From the NCBI GenBank assembly GCA_003602415.1, contig QQSK01000012.1, forward strand, positions 9,841 to 73,840: 64,000 nt of DNA, written 5' to 3'. A program made the translations under genes and the position numbers. Origin of the DNA: Candidatus Poseidoniales archaeon. GTDB taxonomy: Archaea > Thermoplasmatota > Poseidoniia > Poseidoniales > Poseidoniaceae. Below are positions 37,057 through 46,370 of the stretch, in pieces. The notes beneath the pieces are model-generated. The model searched no databases. It was not told the origin of the DNA and saw only the letters and a list, made by a program, of their open reading frames with translations. Numbering within the stretch: position 1 is the first letter of the stretch; every line of letters begins with the position of its first letter.

Positions 37057-38451
37057 ATGGTCGGAGAGATATCACCGGATGGAAATTTTGTTTGGAATGG
37101 GACTGAATGGGTTCCAAAAGAATCGGTTGAACCTGCCCCTGCCCCTGAAACTGAAGACGCATCCAATGTCTTTGAAATGGCAGGCCTCGGCTCAGAGCAA
37201 GAAAATATTGGTTGGGAGCCGGTTACCGAGAAAGATGATGAAGGTGGTAAAGGCAAAATAATCGCCTTGAGTTTTGTAGGATTGTTAATTCTCTCTGCTC
37301 TTAGTTGGGTAATGTATGCCTTTGTAATCGACCCTATGTTATTCCCAGACCCATACTCAAAATCCAAATTCGTTTCAGTTGTAGATGATCAACCAACTGT
37401 CGATGACGTAATTGCTGGTGAAGGTGACCCGTGGGCATGCTATGTCGAAATGACAATAGAAGAAGAAGGAATGACATTGAGAACCAATTATGACATTTAT
37501 GCATCTTCGGATTCTGCAAGGACTTTTTCAGAATTAAAGGTGCCCTTTGGGGGTTCATACTCAACAGATGTGTGGATTGATAACGAGCAAATCGCTTGGA
37601 AAATATCTGAAGACGATAGTTCAAATAAGAGTAAGGTCGCAATTTCTGGTCTAGACAGTAGCCCTTCAGAAGAGGTTTTAACCAACTCATCTGCTCCTAT
37701 CGATTTATGTTTTATTCACCACCAAATTGTTGAAAATATGGATGCAAATCCTTCCCAGAAGTTTACCTCAGATAAAGAGAGATTTCCAGATGAAGATGGA
37801 GTTAGGGCTGTAAAGGTTGAAACAAAAATGGAAATTAATGAAGATGATGGAGCCATGGATATTGCTGTTTATTTTGATGACGAGGATAACATCTTAGGAA
37901 CTAAGATCTATAATTCAAGTTTAGATTGCTTGATTACTTTCTCATCCGATTCTTTCTCTAAACCTAGTTGGGTTAAATCTGCTGATTCTAACACACCTAT
38001 GCTACTGGATTTAGGATTCTCAAGTATTTGGAGCACACAACACAACTCAATGGTGGATTCACAATATAATGCCACATACTCCATGGAAGGTGCAAAAGTT
38101 GTGATATACGACGAGATGTATGATGATGAAGGGAATTCAACAAAGGTAATCAATTTCGAGGTATTGATTCAGGATGCTATGAATGGCGCATTGATTCAGC
38201 CAACAAACTGGAATAATGAAATTGTAAATTGTACCATCAATTTCACAGATAGCGATTCAGACGGAGAAATTTCGTCTGGAGATGTCGTCTCAGTTGATTG
38301 TGAAGAAGATGTTCTAAATGGGCATGAACTTGGAATAGCAAACGAAAACGGAGTTGCTGAAAAGGTCAGCATGGAACTGTCTTGGACATCTCCAATGTTC
38401 ACAATTTTTGCCCTATTGGGAGCGGCGTTGATCATCTCTAGAAGAGAATGA
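37057..38451 (+). CDS. Hypothetical membrane protein: short cytosolic N-terminus, TM, large acidic ectodomain and a C-terminal TM (SPMFTIFALLGAALIISRRE)
   Basis: Hydrophobic segments at about aa 75-100 and at the extreme C-terminus. No catalytic motif recognised. Confidence 0.55.
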   Translation: MVGEISPDGNFVWNGTEWVPKESVEPAPAPETEDASNVFEMAGLGSEQENIGWEPVTEKDDEGGKGKIIALSFVGLLILSALSWVMYAFVIDPMLFPDPYSKSKFVSVVDDQPTVDDVIAGEGDPWACYVEMTIEEEGMTLRTNYDIYASSDSARTFSELKVPFGGSYSTDVWIDNEQIAWKISEDDSSNKSKVAISGLDSSPSEEVLTNSSAPIDLCFIHHQIVENMDANPSQKFTSDKERFPDEDGVRAVKVETKMEINEDDGAMDIAVYFDDEDNILGTKIYNSSLDCLITFSSDSFSKPSWVKSADSNTPMLLDLGFSSIWSTQHNSMVDSQYNATYSMEGAKVVIYDEMYDDEGNSTKVINFEVLIQDAMNGALIQPTNWNNEIVNCTINFTDSDSDGEISSGDVVSVDCEEDVLNGHELGIANENGVAEKVSMELSWTSPMFTIFALLGAALIISRRE

Positions 38452-38503
38452 TTGCTACTTTCACAAGCGAGGCATTCAAGCACAATGCCTTGTAGGCCTA
38501 AAC

Positions 38504-39835
38504 ATGGCGAAGGAGTTCTGGATTGGTGATGTCCAGGCCGGTGTACACGATGGTGCAGAGGTTGAATTGAAAGGTTGGATTAAGCGTACTCGCGGTTCCA
38601 ATAAGATTCGATTCGTTGTACTGAGAGACTCCACAGGAACTATTCAATGTGTTGCAAAACGTGATGCAATCGGTGATGAAGCCTTTGAATCTCTCAAAGG
38701 AGCATTGATTGAAGCTTCGTTAATTCTCAAAGGAATCGTCAATGTCGATGAGCGAGCACCGGGTGGTCATGAATTGATTGTTTCAAGTGCAGAAGTTGTT
38801 GGTGGAGTTAGAGCAGACACTCCTTTCCCAATCACAGAGTCTGCTATGGAAGCAGCAGATGGTGGAGAAACCGAATTCCTTCTAGACAACAGACATCTGT
38901 ATCTCAGAACTGGACGTATGACAAATATGTTGAAAATCAGATCAAGTGTATTTGGAGCTATTCATTCTTATTTCCGAGACAAAGATTTCACCGAATATCA
39001 AGCACCAAACTTTGTTGCAGGTGCAGTTGAAGGTGGCTCAACATTGTTCGAAGTACCATACTTTGGTCGTAAGGCCTACCTAACTCAATCTTGGCAGTTG
39101 TATGCTGAAGCAGCAATGCCTGCTTTGGAAAGATTGTACACAATTGCTCCATCTTTTAGAGCAGAAAAAAGTCGTACTCGTAGACACTTGACTGAATTCT
39201 GGCATGCTGAAATGGAAGTTGCATGGGCATCCAATGCAGAAATTATGTCTCATGGAGAAGGATTGGTTAGGCACATTGCAAAGACTGTACTTGAAGAGAG
39301 AGAGGCTGAGATGACAAGTATCGATAGGGACCTTGAATTACTGGCAAGATATGCTGACAACCCATACCCAAGAATGCGTTATGATGAGGCAGTAGAAACT
39401 CTACAAGGAATGAACATTGATATTGAGTGGGGACAAGATTTGGATTATTCCAAAGAGAAAGTTTTGACCCAAGATTTCGATGTCCCACATTTCCTTACCC
39501 ACTATCCTAAAATCGCAAAACCATTCTACCACAGAGTTGACCCTGATGATGACAATTACGTTCTATGCCATGACCTATTAGCTCCTGAAGGCTATGGAGA
39601 AATCATTGGCGGGGGAGAAAGAACTTGGTCTGAGGAAGAGATTCTTGCTCGTATTGATGAGGAAGGTGTTCCAAGAGAACCATACCAGTTCTACATTGAC
39701 ACTCGCACATATGGAGGAGTTCCTCACGGTGGATTCGGACTTGGTGTCGACAGGGTTTGTTCCTGGTTATCTGGTGCAGACCACATCAGAGAAGTTATTC
39801 CATTCCCTCGTGACTCTCGTAGAGTCACTCCTTGA
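38504..39835 (+). CDS. asnS: Asparagine--tRNA ligase (archaeal type, class IIb)
   Basis: FRAEKSRTRRHLTEFWHAEMEVAW and VDERAPGGHEL, as I recall them from Pyrococcus AsnRS. Motif 3 is GGFGLGVDR. Confidence 0.8.
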   Translation: MAKEFWIGDVQAGVHDGAEVELKGWIKRTRGSNKIRFVVLRDSTGTIQCVAKRDAIGDEAFESLKGALIEASLILKGIVNVDERAPGGHELIVSSAEVVGGVRADTPFPITESAMEAADGGETEFLLDNRHLYLRTGRMTNMLKIRSSVFGAIHSYFRDKDFTEYQAPNFVAGAVEGGSTLFEVPYFGRKAYLTQSWQLYAEAAMPALERLYTIAPSFRAEKSRTRRHLTEFWHAEMEVAWASNAEIMSHGEGLVRHIAKTVLEEREAEMTSIDRDLELLARYADNPYPRMRYDEAVETLQGMNIDIEWGQDLDYSKEKVLTQDFDVPHFLTHYPKIAKPFYHRVDPDDDNYVLCHDLLAPEGYGEIIGGGERTWSEEEILARIDEEGVPREPYQFYIDTRTYGGVPHGGFGLGVDRVCSWLSGADHIREVIPFPRDSRRVTP

Positions 39836-40538
39836 TTTGATTTTTAATCGCATCAAGAACATCGAGAAGATTGCGACTTCTAATCGTCATCTTTGCTACT
39901 GCAACTGGTTTTTCGTCCCATGGATTAAAGCAAATTGATAATTCACTTTCCTGGAACATTCCAATATCTCCAGCACTATCTCCGATTGAAATTGTTCGCT
40001 CTTTAGGAATATCTAATCTACGTTGAAGCATTTTCACAATCGAACCTTTACCGTTCATTTGGACTTGATATCGCCCATAATCGTCGATCGAACCGTCATT
40101 TCTCTCTAACCAGCCATTTGTGAATACATGGAATTTGGTATCACAACCACGGTGCCGATTTATTCCTCCCCATCTTCTTGTCCAAGTTTTATCGCTTGGA
40201 TACATACATGCAATATCTCTAGCAGTCTCCTGCATCCCACCACTGATGATTGCGACTTCGTGTCCATTCGCAACAACCCAATCTAAGCAATCATTGATGC
40301 CCGCCATCAGAGGCGTTCCAGCACATAATTCTCTCATTTTTTGGTCGGTGATTGAGGGATGTGCTGCTTTTACTAGAGCTAAATCCATCTTTAGCCAATC
40401 CCATTCATCCAACTTTCCTTGATTATAGAGGTCAAATGCTTCTTTATTCGAAATTCCTAACTTGTCATACACATATTGCCAAGTTGACAAATGATCGACG
40501 AGAACCCTATCCATGTCAAAACAAATCAAGTGTTTCAT
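39825..40538 (-). CDS. HAD-superfamily phosphatase (PSPase-like)
   Basis: Motif I ICFDMDRVLVD, motif II AIISGG and motif IV GDSAGDIGM. Confidence 0.7.
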   Translation of the reverse strand: MKHLICFDMDRVLVDHLSTWQYVYDKLGISNKEAFDLYNQGKLDEWDWLKMDLALVKAAHPSITDQKMRELCAGTPLMAGINDCLDWVVANGHEVAIISGGMQETARDIACMYPSDKTWTRRWGGINRHRGCDTKFHVFTNGWLERNDGSIDDYGRYQVQMNGKGSIVKMLQRRLDIPKERTISIGDSAGDIGMFQESELSICFNPWDEKPVAVAKMTIRSRNLLDVLDAIKNQIKE

Positions 40539-40546
40539 AAAACCAC

Positions 40547-41371
40547 CTACTCTTCCTTCGGCCAGTGATTGTACTGAGATTGAATTTGCTTCACCTGCTT
40601 ACCCATGATATACAAAATTAGACCAACCATCATTGCGAAAAGTCCCATCAGCGTTACAGCAATTACAGCAAGACCAACCCCCACACTGGTTTGATTCCAT
40701 TCATTGAAGGAATCGAGAACATTTCCTGATAATTTGTAGCCAACGAAGAACAGGACAAGACCCGGTATTCCAAACAGAAGCAGAGGGTGACGAGATTCTA
40801 ACATCCAATAGAATAATTGAGCAAACTTAGATGCTGTTGCTAAGGACTCCCTCTGTTGAACTTTCGGAGATGGTTTCGAGTGGAGAACTCGAACTCTCAG
40901 TCCTTGTTCCAATTCTAATGGTGTGTCTGAAACATCAGCACGGCTTAGAGATTCTAGACCTTGTTTTGATGCTGCCAAATGGGAAATATCTGCATCCTTG
41001 TAGGCTACTTCTTGGGGATTTGAGGAATTATTTTGCTCGGTACTAAATGCCATATGAACATCCCAATTTTCTCTTGCCCGATTTACTAACAAAGGCATAT
41101 CTCTCAATCTGAATTGATTTGTTATGTTAATCAGAAGAGAATGCTCAGCAGCGTTGTCTTTCAATAGGCATTCAGCCAACTTAGGAACTAATAATTCATC
41201 ATCATAATCTATGACTCTACAATCAATTTTTTTAGCCAGCGATAACGTTTGATCTGTGCTACCCAAATCAAGTAAGACTACTTCATCACCAAGTTCTCTA
41301 GCACGAACTACAAGAGAAATAAATCGTAACTCGAAGTCCTTACCCATCAGAACGATTCGTAATGACTCCAT
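40547..41371 (-). CDS. Membrane protein with a degenerate GT2-like N-terminal domain and a C-terminal TM hairpin
   Basis: VVLLDLGSTDQT resembles the GT2 DxD-region context, but no full motif set is present. Two C-terminal TM helices. Ends ...HWPKEE. Confidence 0.4.
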   Translation of the reverse strand: MESLRIVLMGKDFELRFISLVVRARELGDEVVLLDLGSTDQTLSLAKKIDCRVIDYDDELLVPKLAECLLKDNAAEHSLLINITNQFRLRDMPLLVNRARENWDVHMAFSTEQNNSSNPQEVAYKDADISHLAASKQGLESLSRADVSDTPLELEQGLRVRVLHSKPSPKVQQRESLATASKFAQLFYWMLESRHPLLLFGIPGLVLFFVGYKLSGNVLDSFNEWNQTSVGVGLAVIAVTLMGLFAMMVGLILYIMGKQVKQIQSQYNHWPKEE

Positions 41372-41459
41372 GAACTGCCGGTATTCTTCTATGACATGAA
41401 CTTCATGGCTTGTTCCATGTTGAAATGATGGTTTTATTCAGGTAACTGTTATTGCCAAG

Positions 41460-42059
41460 TCACAAATATTCCAAAGCCTCATCCAAAACTGATTGATTAG
41501 CCCAATATGTCTTGTTTTTCCAAATTGTTTTTCCATCTCCATCAAGAATCGTCAATGATGGAGTTGCAGGATTCCCGAACGCTTTAGCATAGTCGTATTC
41601 TGTTTCTTGGTCCATTTCAACATCAATCGCTGGCTGACCCTCATTGGGAATGACAACGGGCCAAAGTGACTCTGTAGACTCATTTTCACTAGCATAAACG
41701 CTGATTACTTCTTCCTTGGATTCAAAAGAAGGATATCTATGAACAGTAATTATTCGCGTGTCGTTAGAAATATTTCCATTGCGCATTTCTTCGGCAATCA
41801 CTTCGGTCCAATCATGACATCCAGTACATCCTGTTGACACCCATAGAAGCAATGTGTTCTGCCCATTTGCATCTTCTAGAATATTGATTGTCTGCCCCCT
41901 ATCAATTTCACGACCTGCAGTTTCCGCTTCCAAATTTAGATACTCAGGGAGAGTATCAGGAACTTCTACATTTTCATCTTCGATGATTTGAGGGTCTGTA
42001 CACCCTGGAAGAAATAGAATAACAATCGCTACGAAAAGAGATTTGGCTTTGTGCGACAT
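41460..42059 (-). CDS. Thioredoxin-fold lipoprotein (CTGC)
   Basis: Start at the internal ATG gives MSHKAKSLFVAIVILFLPGC (lipobox-like). Also LLWVSTGCTGCHDW and ATPSLTILD. Confidence 0.6.
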   Translation of the reverse strand: MSHKAKSLFVAIVILFLPGCTDPQIIEDENVEVPDTLPEYLNLEAETAGREIDRGQTINILEDANGQNTLLLWVSTGCTGCHDWTEVIAEEMRNGNISNDTRIITVHRYPSFESKEEVISVYASENESTESLWPVVIPNEGQPAIDVEMDQETEYDYAKAFGNPATPSLTILDGDGKTIWKNKTYWANQSVLDEALEYL

Positions 42060-42125
42060 ATGACTTTCTAGTCTTTTCCGGTTTTGAAGATTTGTTTCTA
42101 TGATACATGATATTATGATTGGAAG

Positions 42126-42983
42126 ATGTCTCGCAGTACTATGTACGGGGACATGAAAGTTGGTGTCGTAATCCCTGCACGTAACGAAGCAGAACATCTG
42201 CCAGGAGTTCTTGCAACTATTCCAAAGTTTGTGGACAAAGTTGTGGTAGTCGATGACGGTTCGACAGATGGAACAGGAAACTTAGCACAAGGTGCTGAAT
42301 TGGTGAGATTAGAAGGATTAGGAGTTGGAGCTGCCATAGATGCTGGGCATCAACATTTACTCAACATTTGGAATTATGATTTCATTTCTGTCGTTATGGC
42401 AGGTGATGGCCAGATGGACCCTAACGACATGGAGTCATTGCTGAAACCAATCTTAGAGAAAAAGGCTCACCATGTAAAGGGTGAAAGATTAGACAGAGCA
42501 GGCAAGATGCCGTTTTACAGGAGGTTTGGAACCTTCCTCCTAGCCATATTGACAACATTGGCATGTGGCCAGACTATTCGTGACCCACAATGCGGTTATA
42601 CTGCAACGAGTAGTGAAGTTCTGAAAAGATGGAACTGGAATGTATCTTGGAAAGGATATGGGTATCCTAACTGGTGGCTAATGGCACTTTCAGAAAAGGG
42701 ATGGCGAATCTCTCACGTGCCTGTAAGAGCAATATATGAAGGGCAAAAAAGTGGCATCAGGATATCCTCTTTTTTGCCTAAAGTTGCAGTCATGCTATTG
42801 ATTGGATTACACTCTAGAATTATTAGAAATACACTAAATAATCCAAGTCTGCCAATAGTAATTACATGGGTGACATACATTGCAGGGTGGGTTTACAATC
42901 CTCTTTTGTTTGTAGTTACTCACTTGAGTGACAGAATACACGTTTCACAAATTATGAGGGATGTCAATGAGAATGCGAGGTAG
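42126..42983 (+). CDS. Family-2 glycosyltransferase
   Basis: VVIPARNEAEHL, VVVDDGSTDGT and MAGDGQMDP motifs. Confidence 0.8.
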   Translation: MSRSTMYGDMKVGVVIPARNEAEHLPGVLATIPKFVDKVVVVDDGSTDGTGNLAQGAELVRLEGLGVGAAIDAGHQHLLNIWNYDFISVVMAGDGQMDPNDMESLLKPILEKKAHHVKGERLDRAGKMPFYRRFGTFLLAILTTLACGQTIRDPQCGYTATSSEVLKRWNWNVSWKGYGYPNWWLMALSEKGWRISHVPVRAIYEGQKSGIRISSFLPKVAVMLLIGLHSRIIRNTLNNPSLPIVITWVTYIAGWVYNPLLFVVTHLSDRIHVSQIMRDVNENAR

Positions 42984-43272
42984 ATATGCTCACGCCAGAC
43001 ATATTCTAGTTGGCTCCAAGGCCGAGGCACAGGCGATCTTGAATGAGATTACTAACGCTAGAAAACCACTGAAAATGTTCAAAAAAATGGCTAGAGATTA
43101 TTCCAAATGTCCTACTTCAGAAAAGAAAGGAGACTTGGGAGAGTTCCATGAAAGGCAGATGGATCCGGCTTTCTCAAAACAAGTTTGGGCGCAAGAGTTG
43201 GAACAATGTGATTGCTTCATCAAAACCCGGTTTGGCTTCCATCTGATTTGGGTGCATTCTCGCGATGACTAA
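42961..43272 (+). CDS. Parvulin-type peptidyl-prolyl cis-trans isomerase (PpiC/PinA-like)
   Basis: ARHILV...F..MA..YS.C.S..KGG(D)LG.F....M...F.......FGFHLI. About 95-103 aa. Confidence 0.8.
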   Translation: MSMRMRGRYAHARHILVGSKAEAQAILNEITNARKPLKMFKKMARDYSKCPTSEKKGDLGEFHERQMDPAFSKQVWAQELEQCDCFIKTRFGFHLIWVHSRDD

Positions 43273-44135
43273 TCGTCAGATTTGTTTGTGACCAATTTTT
43301 TTGTGGAACGCCAAGCCGTGGCAATCATGCTACTGCCCATCAACAATACAATCGTAACCAAAGTACCCCATGTCCAAACACTGGATACAGTCCCCATAGA
43401 ATCGTCATTTAGCATAACTCCCATGAGTGTAATTAGTCCGACTGCCAATGATGTTTGTAGTCTAATCAATAATGGAATTCTAATCCCAGATTTCATCAAT
43501 CTATGCAGTAAATACAGTGCCCATGAAAATGCTCCAATAGACCATGAAAAAATCGCTAGCGGGTAGACTGATGCTAACACGATGTCATTACCATCTCCAT
43601 ATTTGTCAATTCCAATTAATATGGCAATCCAAACGATTGAAACACCCAGAACATGTAGCGCTTCAACCATTGCTGCGCTAGTTCCAATGATGGGGATAAT
43701 TTCTTCTTCAGGACCATCTTCTTCTACCTCTTCTTGAGTAGACCTGAATAACTCTTCCAATCTCGCCTTGTGGCGTCTTTCAAGTATGTCAATTCTTTCT
43801 GATAATCTTTGCATGTGCTCTAGCATCATTACTTGATTCTCATTTTGTTCGCTTACAATAGCCATTCTTTCATTTTCGAACTCAGGCAAAGTAACCATTG
43901 GAGGAATATCATCGATGATGCCCTCTGCCGAAAAATCTTCTTTTGCTTTCTTTGCTTTTTCTTCTCTTCTAGCCTCAGCCCTTGCCTTAGAATTTGAAAC
44001 TGCGGTTTTTACAGCTTCATTAGTCTTAGATAAAGCAGATTTCGTGCTTGCAGAAACCTTGGAAGTTAACTCCGCAATTTTTGAACCAGTAGCATTTATT
44101 TTGTCTGCTAATGATTGGGATTTTTCTTCAGACAC
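43269..44135 (-). CDS. Hypothetical protein: N-terminal coiled coil plus a C-terminal 4-TM domain
   Basis: The listed ORF (to 44309) runs through tRNA-Pro. The first plausible start downstream of the tRNA is GTG at 44135 (M/V-SEEKSQSL...). The start is uncertain. Confidence 0.45.
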   Translation of the reverse strand: MSEEKSQSLADKINATGSKIAELTSKVSASTKSALSKTNEAVKTAVSNSKARAEARREEKAKKAKEDFSAEGIIDDIPPMVTLPEFENERMAIVSEQNENQVMMLEHMQRLSERIDILERRHKARLEELFRSTQEEVEEDGPEEEIIPIIGTSAAMVEALHVLGVSIVWIAILIGIDKYGDGNDIVLASVYPLAIFSWSIGAFSWALYLLHRLMKSGIRIPLLIRLQTSLAVGLITLMGVMLNDDSMGTVSSVWTWGTLVTIVLLMGSSMIATAWRSTKKLVTNKSDD

Positions 44136-44191
44136 ATATGTCCCAGTAAGATTGATTTTGTGAAGTCTTCGCCTACACAGTTTGAATGAAA

Positions 44192-44269
44192 TGGTGGGTC
44201 TGTCCAGATTTGAACTGGAGTCCAAGCGTCCCAAACGCCCGAGTATAGGCCAAGCTAACCCACAGACCC
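44192..44269 (-). tRNA. tRNA-Pro (anticodon UGG), CCA encoded
   Basis: Minus-strand sequence is GGGUCUGUGGGUUAGCUUGGCCUAUACUCGGGCGUUUGGGACGCUUGGACUCCAGUUCAAAUCUGGACAGACCCACCA. Acceptor and T arms pair perfectly, and the anticodon loop is UUUGGGA. Confidence 0.85.
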
Positions 44270-44305
44270 TTCCAATCCATGCGCTAATGTTCCCCTTCTT
44301 GAATG

Positions 44306-44722
44306 TCACTGAAGGAGTATGTATTTACCATCATTAGTACGTATCAATAAACCTTGACTCACAGCTTCTTCAGCTACATCTTCAGCACTAACGGTAATAC
44401 CCTTACCTCGCAAAGCACCTGCAAGCCTATCCAATTCAACAATATCATCCACTACTGCTATTCGAATGCATGCAAATAACTGAGAAGCACTGGGATTTTC
44501 ATTGATTTCAATCGCCTTTGGCAATTTATCACGCATTTCTTGGCGAAGACTTTCGGGCATGTTGGCAATTGCGACTTCTCTCTGAAGATCACTAGCATTA
44601 TCTGCAACCGATACAATTTGCAACTTGTCATCAGTTGGAGTTCCACAATGTGGACATTTCCTGGTCTTACCCATCACTCCCCAACAACGTTCGCAATTAG
44701 CACAGCGAACAACTGTATACAA
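44306..44722 (-). CDS. Archaeal Zn-ribbon protein (DUF5817-like) with a C-terminal helical domain
   Basis: MYTVVRCANCERCW......KCPHCGT resembles the YAVVGC..C..LW....CPRCG N-terminus of a conserved archaeal family. This is from memory. Confidence 0.5.
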   Translation of the reverse strand: MYTVVRCANCERCWGVMGKTRKCPHCGTPTDDKLQIVSVADNASDLQREVAIANMPESLRQEMRDKLPKAIEINENPSASQLFACIRIAVVDDIVELDRLAGALRGKGITVSAEDVAEEAVSQGLLIRTNDGKYILLQ

Positions 44723-44731
44723 AGCCTCACC

Positions 44732-45412
44732 TCACAATGAGAAATCTGTATTTCCACCTGGTGGTTTTCTTCCACCTGGTCTCATTGCAGGAGCCGCAGG
44801 AGCCTTTGTGTCAACTCTCTTAGCGGCAGATTCCATAGCATCTGTGGCCTGTCTTGTCAATCCTGCACGGACTCTTCCAACATTTCCTCCTCCTGATAAT
44901 TTGAGTGATTCAGGCAAGATAAGAGCGGCCATAGCAACACCGTAGTGGTCTTTGGCTGCCGTAACTTCATCAACTGCAACATCGAATGATTGTACCTCAA
45001 GATCTCTGCTCGCTAAACGACGTTGCAGGTTTCTTTTGAGAAGAGATTCTGTTTCTTCATAATCTAACTCAGTAGTAATTTTTGCGACAACCGCACATTC
45101 ATCTCCTTCTGGAGTTGTACAAGCGGCCCAAGCCACACCAGCACAAGCTGTTGAGCCACCATAGGCATATGCAACCGCTAAATGACATTCAACTAGAGAA
45201 CCCATTGGCAATGGCTGAGGCGGTGTTGCTTCGAACCCCATAGGCAAGAATGCACCTTGAACCTCAATCAATCTTGAATCTCCTAAACCCATCTCAACCA
45301 ATCCCTGGTCATAGGCATCTTCTGCGTTTTCACCCCATGGCGCTACCGCAGTCATCAACCAACCAGGACATGCAGATGCCGGTGCACCCGGCTTACCTCC
45401 AGAACTGTACAT
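44732..45412 (-). CDS. Pyruvoyl-dependent arginine decarboxylase (PdaD)-like protein lacking the Ser-Ser processing site, with a Gly/Pro/Arg-rich C-terminal tail
   Basis: GENAEDAYDQGLVEMGLGDSRLIEVQGAFLP......LPMGSLV aligns by eye with M. jannaschii PvlArgDC [31 protein letters not shown]...LPMGALV. Positions 52-53 are QG rather than SS. Confidence 0.5.
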   Translation of the reverse strand: MYSSGGKPGAPASACPGWLMTAVAPWGENAEDAYDQGLVEMGLGDSRLIEVQGAFLPMGFEATPPQPLPMGSLVECHLAVAYAYGGSTACAGVAWAACTTPEGDECAVVAKITTELDYEETESLLKRNLQRRLASRDLEVQSFDVAVDEVTAAKDHYGVAMAALILPESLKLSGGGNVGRVRAGLTRQATDAMESAAKRVDTKAPAAPAMRPGGRKPPGGNTDFSL

Positions 45413-45464
45413 ATTGTGAGCGAAGATGGGCTAGGTTCATCAAGACGATGGTTAGTTCAGTTGT

Positions 45465-45752
45465 ATGGCCAGCAATTTTCGAGGTTACCTGTTGGTTGGA
45501 GCCTTTTTGATGCTGGCAGGAGTTACTGGCATATCGGTAACCAAAGGAAATGATTGGATATTACCTATTGGAATATTATTGGTGGGTGTATTCTTCATTC
45601 TAGTTTTTTCATTTCTGACATTCTCTAACGAATATAGTGGAGGGAGCACTCCAATAAAGTCCAAAAAAGGCATGGGTGTAAAAAATATAGAACAAGATGC
45701 TGACGACTTACCAGACCCCTTGGAGTCTGGAATTGAATTGCCTATCTTGTAA
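45465..45752 (+). CDS. Hypothetical small two-TM protein
   Basis: Two clear hydrophobic helices. An alternative minus-strand ORF (45485..45760) has no features. Confidence 0.35.
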   Translation: MASNFRGYLLVGAFLMLAGVTGISVTKGNDWILPIGILLVGVFFILVFSFLTFSNEYSGGSTPIKSKKGMGVKNIEQDADDLPDPLESGIELPIL

Positions 45753-46367
45753 TCATGCAATTTCGTCTTGATTGAAGACTGGGGCTTCAGGTCCGACTGG
45801 TAAATCTTCCAATTCTTCTGCCTCTAATTCCCTCATCTCAGCATCTTCATGAAGTATCTGAGAATGCCCATTTGGGTCTAAAAATTCCAATGTTATCGGC
45901 CTAGGTATTGGGTCCTCTTTTAGCTCAAGTAAGGTTGTATGCATCATCTGTAATGTTTTGATATCTGACATGTCTGAATCTTCTACATAGGCTTGTCTAG
46001 TGACCATTACAATTACATCCATGAAGCGGTCTATTACGCCTTCAACATTCGAAACATAACCAGTGGATGATGAGCCTGGCTTAACTTCCAAATCAAGTTC
46101 CAAAATCCTAACTGTACACGAGGAAGAACGAACTACTCTTGCACGTATATGCTCGGGTTTGCTAATTACCAATTTGCAACCACCGGGTTTCCTTCCTTCT
46201 GCTGGTATGAAATCAGATTGCCTCCATCCACATGCATTACACAATACCGTAACTTGAGTATGCTCACCAAAATATGGAATCTCATCGATGTGAGTCATCA
46301 TTCTGACTTCACCTTCAACTTTACAAATGGGACAAGGTATGTCAACAGGTATTTGTTCCATATTCAC
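45753..46367 (-). CDS. ZPR1-type zinc-finger protein (COG1779)
   Basis: CPICK...(20)...IPYFGEHTQVTVLCNACGWRQSD, followed by the ZPR1 beta-domain. Confidence 0.75.
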   Translation of the reverse strand: MNMEQIPVDIPCPICKVEGEVRMMTHIDEIPYFGEHTQVTVLCNACGWRQSDFIPAEGRKPGGCKLVISKPEHIRARVVRSSSCTVRILELDLEVKPGSSSTGYVSNVEGVIDRFMDVIVMVTRQAYVEDSDMSDIKTLQMMHTTLLELKEDPIPRPITLEFLDPNGHSQILHEDAEMRELEAEELEDLPVGPEAPVFNQDEIA

Positions 46368-46370
46368 GCC

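Noticed and set aside
36924-37367. 147-aa minus-strand ORF overlapping the carbamate kinase start and the 37057 gene.
   Set aside because: It overlaps two better-supported genes. It has no motifs and its composition is atypical.
45485-45760. 91-aa minus-strand ORF overlapping the 95-aa plus-strand ORF.
   Set aside because: The plus-strand product has two clean TM helices, while the minus-strand product has no features. Neither is strongly supported.
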